DNA of 64,000 nucleotides from Acidobacteriota bacterium (lineage in GTDB: Bacteria > Acidobacteriota > Aminicenantia > UBA2199): the NCBI GenBank assembly GCA_025456205.1, contig JALOLA010000002.1:7363-71362 (forward strand), read 5' to 3'. The translations under genes were made by a program, and so were the position numbers. This document shows positions 18,309-27,487 of the stretch, in pieces. The notes below the pieces were generated by a model. The model ran no database searches. It was not told the DNA's origin and was given only the letters and a program-made list of their open reading frames with translations. How positions within the stretch are numbered: the first letter of the stretch is position 1; every line of letters starts with the position of its first letter.

Positions 18309-20221
18309 TCTACCAGGTGTCTTCCACCGCCATCGGCATCTTCATATTCTTCGTGCTGACGGTCCTCGGGCTTTCCTTCTTTTTTGCCCGCAAGACCCAG
18401 TCGGCCAGCGGCTACTATGCGGCCGGCGGCCAGATCCACTGGGCCGTCAACGGCATCGCCTTTGCCGGCGACTACCTGTCCGCCGCCTCGTTCCTGGGCA
18501 TCTGCGGCATGATCGCCTTTTTCGGCTATGACGGCTTCCTCTACTCGATCGGCTACCTGGCCGGCTGGGTGGTGGCCCTGTTCCTGGTGGCGGAACCCCT
18601 GAAGCGGCTCGGCAAGTATACCTTCGCCGATGCCCTGGACGCCAAGTTCAACTCCCGCGCCATCAAGCTGACCGCCGCCATCAGCACCCTGGTGGTCTCG
18701 ATCTTCTACCTGATCCCGCAGATGGTCGGCGCCGGCGCCATCGTCATGCCCCTCCTGGGGCTGCCCCACTGGGTGGGCGTCGTCCTGGTGGGCTCGATCG
18801 TCATCCTGATCGTGGCCACCGCCGGCATGACCTCCACCACCTACGTGCAGTTCATCAAGGGCGGCCTGCTGATCGTCTTTTCGCTGATCCTCGTGGTCCT
18901 GGTGCTGAACAAGGGCATCCAGCGCACCCCCAGCTCCAGCTACCACATGCCCATGGTCCTGGCGGCGACGCTCTCCGACGGCCGGGTGACAACGGTTGCC
19001 GACGGCTCGTACCAGGTCCTGGGGCAAGTGGCGGAGAAGGAAATCGTTTTCGTCAAGCTGGCCAAGGCGGGGATCGCCTCCTGGTGGAAATTGCGCGTTG
19101 CCGGGGCGACTGCGGATCTCGAGGAGACGCTGTCGGTGGTGGTGACCAGCGCCGGTGACACCCTCTATAACGGCGAACCGAAGGAAGCCGGAAAATTCTA
19201 TCAGGTCGGCCACATGAGCAAGGTCGTGGTCAACGGCCGGGAAGTGGAAAAAACCGGCCCTCTCGGCCCCTTCAAATATATCAAGACCCTCGCCGCCTCC
19301 GAGGTTGTGCGCTTCAGCAAGCAGGCCTTCGGCTTCGCGGGAGAAAAGGTCACCCTCTACTACCAGAACGTCACTTCCGGCGCCGACATCATGAAGCCGG
19401 GCCTGTATTACAAGCTGGACAAGGGGGCGACCCTCTGGTCGCGCCTCGACTTCATCTCCCTGATGCTGGCCCTGTTCCTGGGCACGTCGGCCCTGCCCCA
19501 TATCCTGATCCGCTACTACACCGTCCCCAGCCAGCGGGCGGCCCGCAAGTCGACCATCGTGGCCATTGCCGCCATCGGCCTCTTCTACATCCTCACCCTG
19601 TTCATGGGCACCGGGGCCATGATCAACGGCGGCCTGGACGTCGGCAGCTCCAACATGGCGGCGCCGCTGTTGGCCAAGACCTTCGGCATCACGCTTTTCT
19701 CCATCATCTCGGCCATCGCCTTTGCCACCATTCTGGGAACGGTCAGCGGCCTGATCGTCGCCTCTTCCGGCGCCGTAGCCCATGACCTGATGGACAAGTA
19801 CCTGAAGATCGAGATGACCGAGAAGGGCAAGGTGCGCGCCGGCCGCATCGCCGCCGTCGGCGTCGGCGTCGTGGCCATCCTGCTGGGCATCCTGTTCGAA
19901 AAGCAGAACGTCAACTTCCTGGTGGGGCTGGCCTTCGCCATCGCCGCTTCCGCCAACCTGCCGGCCATCCTCATGCTCCTTTTCTGGAAGCGGACCACGT
20001 CCAAGGGCATTGCGGCGGCGATCGTCGTCGGCATGCTGACCGCCCTCATCCTGATCCTTTTTTCGCCCACGCTCTACGAGATCTACGGACTGCCCCCGGC
20101 CAGCGCCCCTTTCCCGCTGCAGAACCCCGGCATCATCTCCATCCCCCTGGGATTCATCACCCTCATCGTCGTCTCGCTGCTGACCAAGAAGCGCAAGACC
20201 GTCGCTGCGGAGCAGGCATGA
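18305..20221 (+). CDS. actP: Cation/acetate symporter of the sodium:solute symporter family, with an enlarged central loop.
   Basis: SSS-family motifs (GYYAAGG, GDYLSAASFLG, ALPHILIRYYT). Typical position after yjcH. 638 aa. Confidence 0.9.
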   Translation: MIYQVSSTAIGIFIFFVLTVLGLSFFFARKTQSASGYYAAGGQIHWAVNGIAFAGDYLSAASFLGICGMIAFFGYDGFLYSIGYLAGWVVALFLVAEPLKRLGKYTFADALDAKFNSRAIKLTAAISTLVVSIFYLIPQMVGAGAIVMPLLGLPHWVGVVLVGSIVILIVATAGMTSTTYVQFIKGGLLIVFSLILVVLVLNKGIQRTPSSSYHMPMVLAATLSDGRVTTVADGSYQVLGQVAEKEIVFVKLAKAGIASWWKLRVAGATADLEETLSVVVTSAGDTLYNGEPKEAGKFYQVGHMSKVVVNGREVEKTGPLGPFKYIKTLAASEVVRFSKQAFGFAGEKVTLYYQNVTSGADIMKPGLYYKLDKGATLWSRLDFISLMLALFLGTSALPHILIRYYTVPSQRAARKSTIVAIAAIGLFYILTLFMGTGAMINGGLDVGSSNMAAPLLAKTFGITLFSIISAIAFATILGTVSGLIVASSGAVAHDLMDKYLKIEMTEKGKVRAGRIAAVGVGVVAILLGILFEKQNVNFLVGLAFAIAASANLPAILMLLFWKRTTSKGIAAAIVVGMLTALILILFSPTLYEIYGLPPASAPFPLQNPGIISIPLGFITLIVVSLLTKKRKTVAAEQA

Positions 20222-20306
20222 CGAAAAGCATTTTTTCCGTCGCACTGCTGAAGCTCTGAGCCGTACTGCGCCGCCGGAGCCCAGGAGCATCCAGGGAGGG
20301 AAAAGG

Positions 20307-21086
20307 ATGAAGATCGGGATCCTCAGCGACATTCACGAGGATGGTATCGGTCTGCGCGAAGTCCTGGCGGCCATGGAAAAGCGCGGGGTCGACGAGATCG
20401 CCTGCCTGGGAGACGTGGTCGGCTTCGATGTCCTCCATTACCGGCACCTGTCGACCCGCGACGCCTCGTATTGCCTGGAAACGGTGCGCCGCAGCTGCCG
20501 CTGGGTGGTGGCCGGCAACCACGACCTTTTCGCCATCCGCAAGCTCCCCGATGTCAACGGCTGCTTCGCCTTCCCCGCCGACTGGTACCAGCTCGATTTC
20601 CCGGAGCGGAAACGCCTGGCCGGGGAGCAGGTCTGGCTGTTCGAGAACCAGGAGCTGCCGGCGCTGCTGTCGGCAAGAGACCGGGACTATCTCGCGTCCC
20701 TGCCTCTCTCGCTTGCCGTGGAGCTGGACGGAGTGAACGTCTTGTTTTCGCATGCCCTGTTCCCCGACCTGAGCGGCACCCTGACCTGGCGTCCGCAGGA
20801 TCACTGGGATTTTCATCGCCATTTCAGGTTGCTCAAGGCGCAGGGGTGCCGGATCGGTATTTGCGGCCACCTGCACCCCAACGGCATCGCCGTGGCCGCC
20901 GCGGGACGTTTTGCCTTTTCGCGCTTTCGCACTTACCGGATCTCTCCCGATCTGGTACAATACGTATGTCCAAGCACGGCCGGCATTTCGGGGAAAAGCG
21001 GTTTCCTGGTCCTGGACGTTGCCGGCTTGACCTTGGAGGCGGCGGCGGTGAGGTCCCACCGGGGCCGGGCCGTTGGTTTCCGCTGA
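20307..21086 (+). CDS. Metallophosphoesterase (calcineurin-like, YfcE/MJ0936-like).
   Basis: Contains SDIHED, CLGDVVG, GNHD and GHLH motifs. GGGAGGG SD. Confidence 0.85.
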   Translation: MKIGILSDIHEDGIGLREVLAAMEKRGVDEIACLGDVVGFDVLHYRHLSTRDASYCLETVRRSCRWVVAGNHDLFAIRKLPDVNGCFAFPADWYQLDFPERKRLAGEQVWLFENQELPALLSARDRDYLASLPLSLAVELDGVNVLFSHALFPDLSGTLTWRPQDHWDFHRHFRLLKAQGCRIGICGHLHPNGIAVAAAGRFAFSRFRTYRISPDLVQYVCPSTAGISGKSGFLVLDVAGLTLEAAAVRSHRGRAVGFR

Positions 21087-21100
21087 GAGCGGAGGGGAAA

Positions 21101-23980
21101 TTGCGCATCAACGTCAAGCGTTTTTTTTGGACGATCGTCCTCCCCACGCTCCTGACCATCGGCTTGTTCATACTGCTGATCTTCCGCTTCATCATTCCCT
21201 ATTTCGAACTGAACATGCTGCTGCAGAAAAAGGAAATGATCCGCGAAGTGGTCAGTTCCAGCGTCAGCATCGCCGCCACCTGCCGGCAGCAGGCCCTGGC
21301 CGGGGAACTGAGCGAGGCCGCCGCCAAGGCCGCGGCCATCCTGCAGATCGGCAATATCCGCTATGGGGCCGGCAACAAGGATTATTGCTGGATCACCGAT
21401 ATGCGGCCGCGCATGATCCGCCATCCCTACCGCCCTGACTTGAACGGCACCGACCTCGGCGGCTTTCGCGATCCCCAGGGCAAGCCGCTCTTCGTGGAAA
21501 TGGTGCGCGTGGTCGAACGCAGCGGCTCCGGCTACGTTGACTACATGTGGCAGTGGATGGACGATCCCGGGCGCATCGTCCCCAAGATCTCCTATGTCCG
21601 CGGCTTTGCGCCCTGGGGCTGGATCATCGGCACCGGCATCTACATCGAGGATATCCGCCAGGAGATCGCCGGCATCAAGAAACGCCTGCTGCTGGTGCTG
21701 CTGCTGATCTCAGGCGTGATGGCGCTGCTCCTCAGTTTTATCGTCCGCCAGAACCTGAAGACGGAAATGAAGCGCAGCACGGCGGAGCGCGACCTGCTGG
21801 CGTCGCGGGAAAAATACAAGGCCCTGGTGGACGCCTCCACCGAAGGGACGTGGATGATCCTGGCCGGCGCCACCATTTATGCCAATCGCAAGCTGGGCGA
21901 GATCCTCCCCGGCATCGAGCAGCGGTCGATCAGCGACGATTTTCGTGAAGTCATCGCCCCGGAGCGCCGGGACGAGATCCGGGCGGTCGGCGCCTTCAGT
22001 CGCGGCGCGGACACGTTCCTGCGCCTGGAAACGCGCCTGCAGGCCGCCGGCGAACCCGCGGTCGACGCCATGCTCTCCATTTCCAAGATCGTCCTTTCCG
22101 GCAAGCGCGGCTATATCGTCATCATCAAGGAGCTGAGCCGACCGGGAGGAGCGAGCGGCGCTCCCCGCGAGCTGGCCGATCTCTGGGATTTCGGCTATTT
22201 CCAGGCGGCCCCGGGGAAGAAGGGCCGTTTCCTGGATGTCAATGCCGCCGCCATGGCGCTGCTGGGTTACACCGACCGGGCGGAACTGCTCACGATGAAC
22301 ATCGCCTCTCTGGTGCCCGACCGCGGAGAATGGAACGGCCTGTTGCGCGAGCTGGATCAGCGCGGCATCGTCAGCCGTTTCCCGCTGCAGATCAGGGCCC
22401 GGGACGGCTCGCTGCGTTCCATCCGGGTTTGGGCCCGGGTGCGGCGCGATGAGCAGGGAGCCATCAGCGGCAGCGACGGCATCATCGAAGACGCGTCCGC
22501 GCAGCATTTCCGCCTGCAAGCGGGGCAGGAACTGGCCGCTGATTGGCAAGCCATCCTCATGCGGCTGCAGCAGCCCGCGGCCCAGGTGATGCGCGAGGCC
22601 GTGGTTTGTCCCGACGATATGGCGCTCCGCGACGCCGCCGAGTTGATGGCCCTGCATGGAGTCGATGCCCTGCTCGTCCGCTCGGCGGCGGGAGTCCCCG
22701 TCGGCATCGTGACCGGCGGCGACCTGCGGCGGCGCGCGGCCGCCGGCGGCCGCCAGCCGTTGCTGGCCGTGAATGCCGTCATGAGTTCGCCCCTGCACGG
22801 CGTCGACGAAACCCTGTCTTTGGCCCGGGCCTGGGATGAAATGCGGCGGCTGGGCATCCGCCACCTGGCGATCCGGGACGCCGCCGGCGGGGTCAGGGGC
22901 ATGGTCGCCCGCAATGATTTCGATTGTGCCCTCCTGCAGCCCCGGCCCCTGCGGGCTGCCGCCGGCGAACCGCCGCCGTCCCTGGCCGATCTGCGCACCC
23001 AGTTCTTGAAGCTGCCGGAGCTGCTCGCAGTCTTCGTGCGCAGCCATGCCCGCAGCGAATGGCTGACCGGACTGACCACGGCCGTGGCCGACGGCAGCGC
23101 CGCCGCCGTCGCCGCCATGGTCGGCCGCGAGCTTGGCTCGCCGCCGGTTCCGTTCGCCTTCTTCGTTTTGGGCAGTGAGGGTCGGTCTGAGCCGACCCTG
23201 TTCACCGATCAGGACAACGCCCTGGTCTATCTCGATCCCGCCGCCGGCCAGGCGGAATCCTGCCGGCGTTATTTCCGCGAATTCGGCGAACGGATGAACC
23301 GCTTGCTGGCGCAAACGGGCTATGCCCCATGTCCCGGCCAGGTCATGGCCGGGAATCCGCGCTGGAACCAGCCGTTGGCGGACTGGAAGCATATCTTCAA
23401 CGAGTGGATCCTCCAGCCCGACCCGCAGAACCTCCTTGAATCCACCACCTTCCTGGACCTTCGTCCGGTCTGCGGCGAAGCCGGGCTGCTGCAGGAGCTG
23501 CGCGAGCATGTGCGCAGCACGCTTGCGCAAAACCCGGCCTTTTTCAGTCACCTGGCCCGCGTGTGCCTGCAATACAAGATCCCGCTGAACATTTTCGGCA
23601 GGATCCAAACCGAGTCGTCCGCTGCGAGTCCCAACCGCATCAATATCAAGAATCCCCTGCGGGTCATCGTCAACCTTGTCCGGCTCTACGCCCTGGCCCA
23701 CAACATCGGGGAAACGAATACGATGCTGCGCCTGCGCCGCCTTCATGAACGCGGGGTGGTCTCCGCCTCTTTTTTCCAGGACCTCGACTATGCCTGCGAT
23801 TTTCTCCTGAGACTGCAATTCCGCGGCCAATTGCGCGCGCTGCAAGCCCAAAAGCCGGCGGATCATTTCATTGCCCTGGATGAACTGGCGTCCGCGGAGG
23901 TCCAGGCCTTGAAGGCGATCCTGGCGGAGATCACCACGTTCCAAGCCAAGCTGAAGCATGATTTTTCCATCAGCGAATAG
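21101..23980 (+). CDS. Membrane sensor protein with the domain order Cache-like, TM, PAS, PAS, CBS pair, DUF294 nucleotidyltransferase, DUF294_C.
   Basis: TTG start at 21101, 5 nt after GGAGG. Cache-like block (YCWITDMRPRMIRHPY, GSGYVDYMW, WGWIIGTGIY). NTase motif GSEGRSEPTLFTDQDNA. The upstream 630 nt of the ORF overlaps the previous gene and was rejected. Confidence 0.8.
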   Translation: MRINVKRFFWTIVLPTLLTIGLFILLIFRFIIPYFELNMLLQKKEMIREVVSSSVSIAATCRQQALAGELSEAAAKAAAILQIGNIRYGAGNKDYCWITDMRPRMIRHPYRPDLNGTDLGGFRDPQGKPLFVEMVRVVERSGSGYVDYMWQWMDDPGRIVPKISYVRGFAPWGWIIGTGIYIEDIRQEIAGIKKRLLLVLLLISGVMALLLSFIVRQNLKTEMKRSTAERDLLASREKYKALVDASTEGTWMILAGATIYANRKLGEILPGIEQRSISDDFREVIAPERRDEIRAVGAFSRGADTFLRLETRLQAAGEPAVDAMLSISKIVLSGKRGYIVIIKELSRPGGASGAPRELADLWDFGYFQAAPGKKGRFLDVNAAAMALLGYTDRAELLTMNIASLVPDRGEWNGLLRELDQRGIVSRFPLQIRARDGSLRSIRVWARVRRDEQGAISGSDGIIEDASAQHFRLQAGQELAADWQAILMRLQQPAAQVMREAVVCPDDMALRDAAELMALHGVDALLVRSAAGVPVGIVTGGDLRRRAAAGGRQPLLAVNAVMSSPLHGVDETLSLARAWDEMRRLGIRHLAIRDAAGGVRGMVARNDFDCALLQPRPLRAAAGEPPPSLADLRTQFLKLPELLAVFVRSHARSEWLTGLTTAVADGSAAAVAAMVGRELGSPPVPFAFFVLGSEGRSEPTLFTDQDNALVYLDPAAGQAESCRRYFREFGERMNRLLAQTGYAPCPGQVMAGNPRWNQPLADWKHIFNEWILQPDPQNLLESTTFLDLRPVCGEAGLLQELREHVRSTLAQNPAFFSHLARVCLQYKIPLNIFGRIQTESSAASPNRINIKNPLRVIVNLVRLYALAHNIGETNTMLRLRRLHERGVVSASFFQDLDYACDFLLRLQFRGQLRALQAQKPADHFIALDELASAEVQALKAILAEITTFQAKLKHDFSISE

Positions 23981-24366
23981 GGGGTTCTACTGCTTGCTTG
24001 CCGTCCATGCGCAGGCGCAGTGGCCGGGGAAACCGCGGTTGCTCGGATCCTGGCGACGTGGATGCACATTGCCTGTGATCATGCGGACAGAAGGCGATGA
24101 AAAGGAAGGTCGGGCGCTTGTTCACGATCCAGGCCCCGATTTAAGGGAATTTAGAACCGCACCATAGGGAAATCCCCGATTGCATGGACGGCAGCGACGA
24201 GTCATACTTCTTGAAAAATTGTTGCATGCAGACAGGATCCAGAGAGAGAGATGAACAGGATGAGCTCGACTTTTTCGAGAGCGGGGAAGTGCACGGTGAT
24301 CGCGGACCGACCCCCGCATGTCCTCCCGGACCCGGCGTTGTGCGCCAGCGCGGGCGGCCGAATGCC

Positions 24367-24999
24367 ATGAAGATCGACCAGCTGTTCGCCCCGGAAAATT
24401 TCAGCGACCCGACCAAGCTGGAATGGGTGCGCCAGGAGGCCGAGTACATGGTGAAGATCCTGGAGGCCGACCCCAATTATTCCCTTGCCGAGCGCATGAA
24501 GGATGTGATGCCTCCCGACAATCTGCTGTGCTATTTCCGCCGGCGCGAGCGCATCGAGAGGGCGCGCTGCATCATCCAGTACCTGCTCGCTTTCCTGGGC
24601 CACATCCCGTCAGCGGACGAGGTGCGGCGGGACCTGGTCGATCCCGCGGAGCAGCTCCGTTCCTTTGTCGTCAGCGAGGTCGACCAGCTGCTGGAGCCGG
24701 ATGTCAGGAACGCCGTGCTCCAGGATACGCATGCCAAGGACCTGCACCAGGCCGGCGGCGAGGACGACTGCGATGAGCGGATCCTGATGATCAACCGCCT
24801 GCTCAGGATCATGCTGGCCAGGGGCGAGAGCGATCCCGCGGCGGCCATCGCCGCCTTGTGCGGCGCCGTGGAGCAGCTGGCCCGCTTCTGGTTCGAGGTG
24901 CATGGCAACGACATTCGCCGGGTGCGGCGCAGCGACATCTTCATGTTCCTGCTGGCCCACCTGGTGCGCAACCGCTGCTGGCGGCGGTCCGGCTCATAG
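24367..24999 (+). CDS. Hypothetical protein (210 aa). An alternative ATG at 24184 would give 271 aa.
   Basis: Clean ORF with protein-like composition from MKIDQLF onward. No family recognised. No clear SD at either start. Confidence 0.5.
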   Translation: MKIDQLFAPENFSDPTKLEWVRQEAEYMVKILEADPNYSLAERMKDVMPPDNLLCYFRRRERIERARCIIQYLLAFLGHIPSADEVRRDLVDPAEQLRSFVVSEVDQLLEPDVRNAVLQDTHAKDLHQAGGEDDCDERILMINRLLRIMLARGESDPAAAIAALCGAVEQLARFWFEVHGNDIRRVRRSDIFMFLLAHLVRNRCWRRSGS

Positions 25000-25216
25000 C
25001 GAGCCATGGGGGGCGGAGCCTGGATGAGAATGCGTCGCTGCAAGGTCTGATAGAAGATTTTTCGGCTCTGGAGCGGTGAGCGTGGCAAGAACGAACCGTC
25101 GCTGATCCCAGGACAATGCTTGAAATCGCACTCCCGGTTTCGAACTTGAATTCCCCGGACCGTTGGTGTATACCTTTAGCGCTTTCGGGAGCGCAAATCG
25201 ATCTGGAGGTGCGGGC

Positions 25217-26119
25217 ATGAAAAAGATTTCGGCGGCAGTCATGATATGCCTTTGGGCGGCGGCGCTGGCCCCGGCGGAGAGCACGGCCAGGCTCAGCGAG
25301 ATGCGGGCGTCGCGGGGCGTGGACCCCAAGCTGCAAAGCCCCGTCGGTGTCAGCGAAACCTTCGGCACCGAAGCCAAGCCGATCTACCTGACGGTCAAGC
25401 TTGCGGACGCCCCGCCGGGAACACAGGTCAAGATCACGGCGTATTTCCTGGCGGGCGGCCAGCCGCAGCAGATCGCCGTCCAGGAATTCCCCGATGTCTA
25501 CGGCACCGGCTACCTCTCATTGAAGATCACCCCTCCGGCCGCGGGCTGGTTCGTCGGCAGCTACAGGGCCGTTTTCCAGCTGAATCGCAAGGATCATGGC
25601 AGCATCGGCTTCACGGTGGCGGCGGCCAAGGCGGCAGCGCCGCCGGCTCCCGCCTACCGGACGTTCTCCAGCCCGGACCACGGGTTTTCCATGCAATACC
25701 CGGCCGCATGGGTCGCAGGGGAAAAAGGGAAGCCTAGCGTGATCTGCATGTTCCTGGCCAATGCCGAAAACAGCCCCGTTTCCAGCCTGAACGTCCAGGT
25801 CGTGCCCGTCACCGGGGCCGGCGATTCCCTCAGCAAGGAAGCGATCAACCTGGTCGCCCAGCAGCTCATCGACCAGATCACCGGCGAGCTCAAGGGCCGC
25901 ATCCGCAACGATACCTGGACCACGGCCGGCATGCTTACAGGACGGGAACTGGATTCCGAGTACGCGTACGAAGGGGCCAGGATCCGCCAGCGGCAGTTCC
26001 TCACCTACCGGGCGAACAAGGTGTTCATCCTGATCCTGACCGCGGATGAGCGCGTGTACGGCTCCGTGGCCGGCCATTACCTCAACGCCGCCAAAACCCT
26101 GCAGTTTTACGGGAAGTGA
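25217..26119 (+). CDS. Secreted protein, possibly with a PsbP/DcrB-like C-terminal domain.
   Basis: GGAGG lies 7 nt before the ATG. Signal peptide MKKISAAVMICLWAAALAPA. The fold suggestion is tentative. Confidence 0.65.
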   Translation: MKKISAAVMICLWAAALAPAESTARLSEMRASRGVDPKLQSPVGVSETFGTEAKPIYLTVKLADAPPGTQVKITAYFLAGGQPQQIAVQEFPDVYGTGYLSLKITPPAAGWFVGSYRAVFQLNRKDHGSIGFTVAAAKAAAPPAPAYRTFSSPDHGFSMQYPAAWVAGEKGKPSVICMFLANAENSPVSSLNVQVVPVTGAGDSLSKEAINLVAQQLIDQITGELKGRIRNDTWTTAGMLTGRELDSEYAYEGARIRQRQFLTYRANKVFILILTADERVYGSVAGHYLNAAKTLQFYGK

Positions 26120-26180
26120 CCGCTGCCGGGGCCTGTGAAAAAATGACATTGCGGATTGAACCGACCTCGAGGAGGAATGA

Positions 26181-26624
26181 ATGAAAAAAATCGTTGCTGT
26201 CGTGCTGGTCTCGATCTTGAGTTGCGGCTGCATGTGGGCCGCGCCGCAACAGGATGAAGAAGCGGCCATCCAGGCGGTCATATTGAGCGCCTATCGCGAC
26301 GGGCTGTGCAACGTCGGTGACGTCGGACTGGTCAAAAATGGATTCCACCCGGAATTCCGCCTGCTGGGGATGAAGGACAACGCCCTGACCATCCTGCCCA
26401 TCGCCGACTGGATGAAAATGACCGAGGCGAAGAAGGCGGCCGGCAAGTTCCCGCCCCAGGTGCCGGTCAGCATGGAATTCCCCCTCATCGACATCACCGG
26501 CAATGCGGCCATGGTCAAGGTGAGATTCCTGGTCGGCGACAAGCACGTTTATACTGATTACCTCTCCCTCTTCCGCTTCGCCGAAGGCTGGATGATCGTC
26601 AACAAGATCTATGCCGGCCATTAA
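26181..26624 (+). CDS. NTF2-like (SnoaL / lumazine-binding-like) small secreted protein.
   Basis: GAGGAGG SD. Signal peptide. AIQAVILSAY ... TDYLSLFRFAEGWMIVNK pattern. Confidence 0.7.
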   Translation: MKKIVAVVLVSILSCGCMWAAPQQDEEAAIQAVILSAYRDGLCNVGDVGLVKNGFHPEFRLLGMKDNALTILPIADWMKMTEAKKAAGKFPPQVPVSMEFPLIDITGNAAMVKVRFLVGDKHVYTDYLSLFRFAEGWMIVNKIYAGH

Positions 26625-26660
26625 GATTACGGGAAACGATCGACGGCGGACGGTGGCCGG

Positions 26661-26695
26661 GTAGAAAACGAAAAAGGCAAAAGTCAGAAAAGGCC
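26661..26695. repeat. GGCAAAA-family heptad array (short copy).
   Basis: gtagaaaacgaaaaaggcaaaagtcagaaaaggcc. It shares a 19-20-nt identical core with 58556-58575. Confidence 0.6.
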
Positions 26696-26784
26696 ATCAA
26701 CAGGCGCTGCGGCTCACGCCCGCGTGCGTGATGCTCGGGGCGTGACCCCGTGGCGCTTCCCTTGCTTGCTTCCTGTGTTCCAGT

Positions 26785-27315
26785 TCAGGATTGGTCCAGG
26801 TGTCCCTCGCGGACCAGGGTGAAGGCGCCTTTTTCCGTGTCAAGGTCGTAGATGTTGAAGTTGGTCTTCATGTCGCAGTCGGGATCGCGCACCGCGAAAT
26901 TAAGCGAGATGGAGCCCTGTTCGCCCGAAGTGATGCGATGGAACACCCGGCGCGGCCAGACCAGCATCGCCGGGCGGTCGCAGACCACCCGGCCCGCGCG
27001 CGTCACCCTCTCCGGCTCGACCACGAAGGTCTCCACGCGGCCGTGCTCGACCGTGTAGATCTCCACGGTGCGCCGGCCCTGCAGCACCAGCAGGTTGTCC
27101 TCCTGCTGGGTGTGCATGTACCATGGGCGCTTCACTCCCGCCACCGCCCCCGGGGAGGAGGCGTCGTGCTGGTGGATCACCCGGTCGATGCCGTTGATGG
27201 CCGGCAGGTGTTCCATGGGCACGAGGTCGAAGGAGACGCCGGCGGTCTTGCGGAAGGGCTTGAGTGCGATGACCCGATAGAACCCGGGTTCGTCGACGAT
27301 GATGCCGTCCTTCAT
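26785..27315 (-). CDS. Cupin-like hypothetical protein (176 aa).
   Basis: GGGAGG SD. Beta-rich sequence. The family call is weak. Confidence 0.6.
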   Translation of the reverse strand: MKDGIIVDEPGFYRVIALKPFRKTAGVSFDLVPMEHLPAINGIDRVIHQHDASSPGAVAGVKRPWYMHTQQEDNLLVLQGRRTVEIYTVEHGRVETFVVEPERVTRAGRVVCDRPAMLVWPRRVFHRITSGEQGSISLNFAVRDPDCDMKTNFNIYDLDTEKGAFTLVREGHLDQS

Positions 27316-27487
27316 GCTGCCTCCCTGGCCCCCACTGACAATGGACCTGTGGTGAGATGATATGGGAATTGCCGGGATTTGGCAAGGCGCAGCCGGGGGA
27401 CAAGAAAGTTTTTGCCGTCGGGCGGTCCGTGGCCAACAGGAAACCGTTGTCGATCACTGATCACTCAACAGAGCGCTTGAGGAGCTT

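Noticed and set aside
18251-20332. A 693-aa minus-strand ORF covering actP.
   Set aside because: It is antisense to a well-supported SSS transporter gene. Its product is a low-complexity G/D/R/A/H-rich string with no motifs, a typical high-GC shadow ORF.
20471-21100. N-terminal 210 codons of the 1169-aa track ORF.
   Set aside because: The stretch overlaps the metallophosphoesterase gene in another frame and is Pro/Arg/Gly-rich. A TTG with GGAGG at 21101 precedes the first TM helix.
21710-23959. A 749-aa minus-strand ORF opposite the Cache/PAS/CBS/DUF294 gene.
   Set aside because: It is a shadow ORF of a gene with clear domain motifs. Its composition is dominated by G, A, R, Q and L runs.
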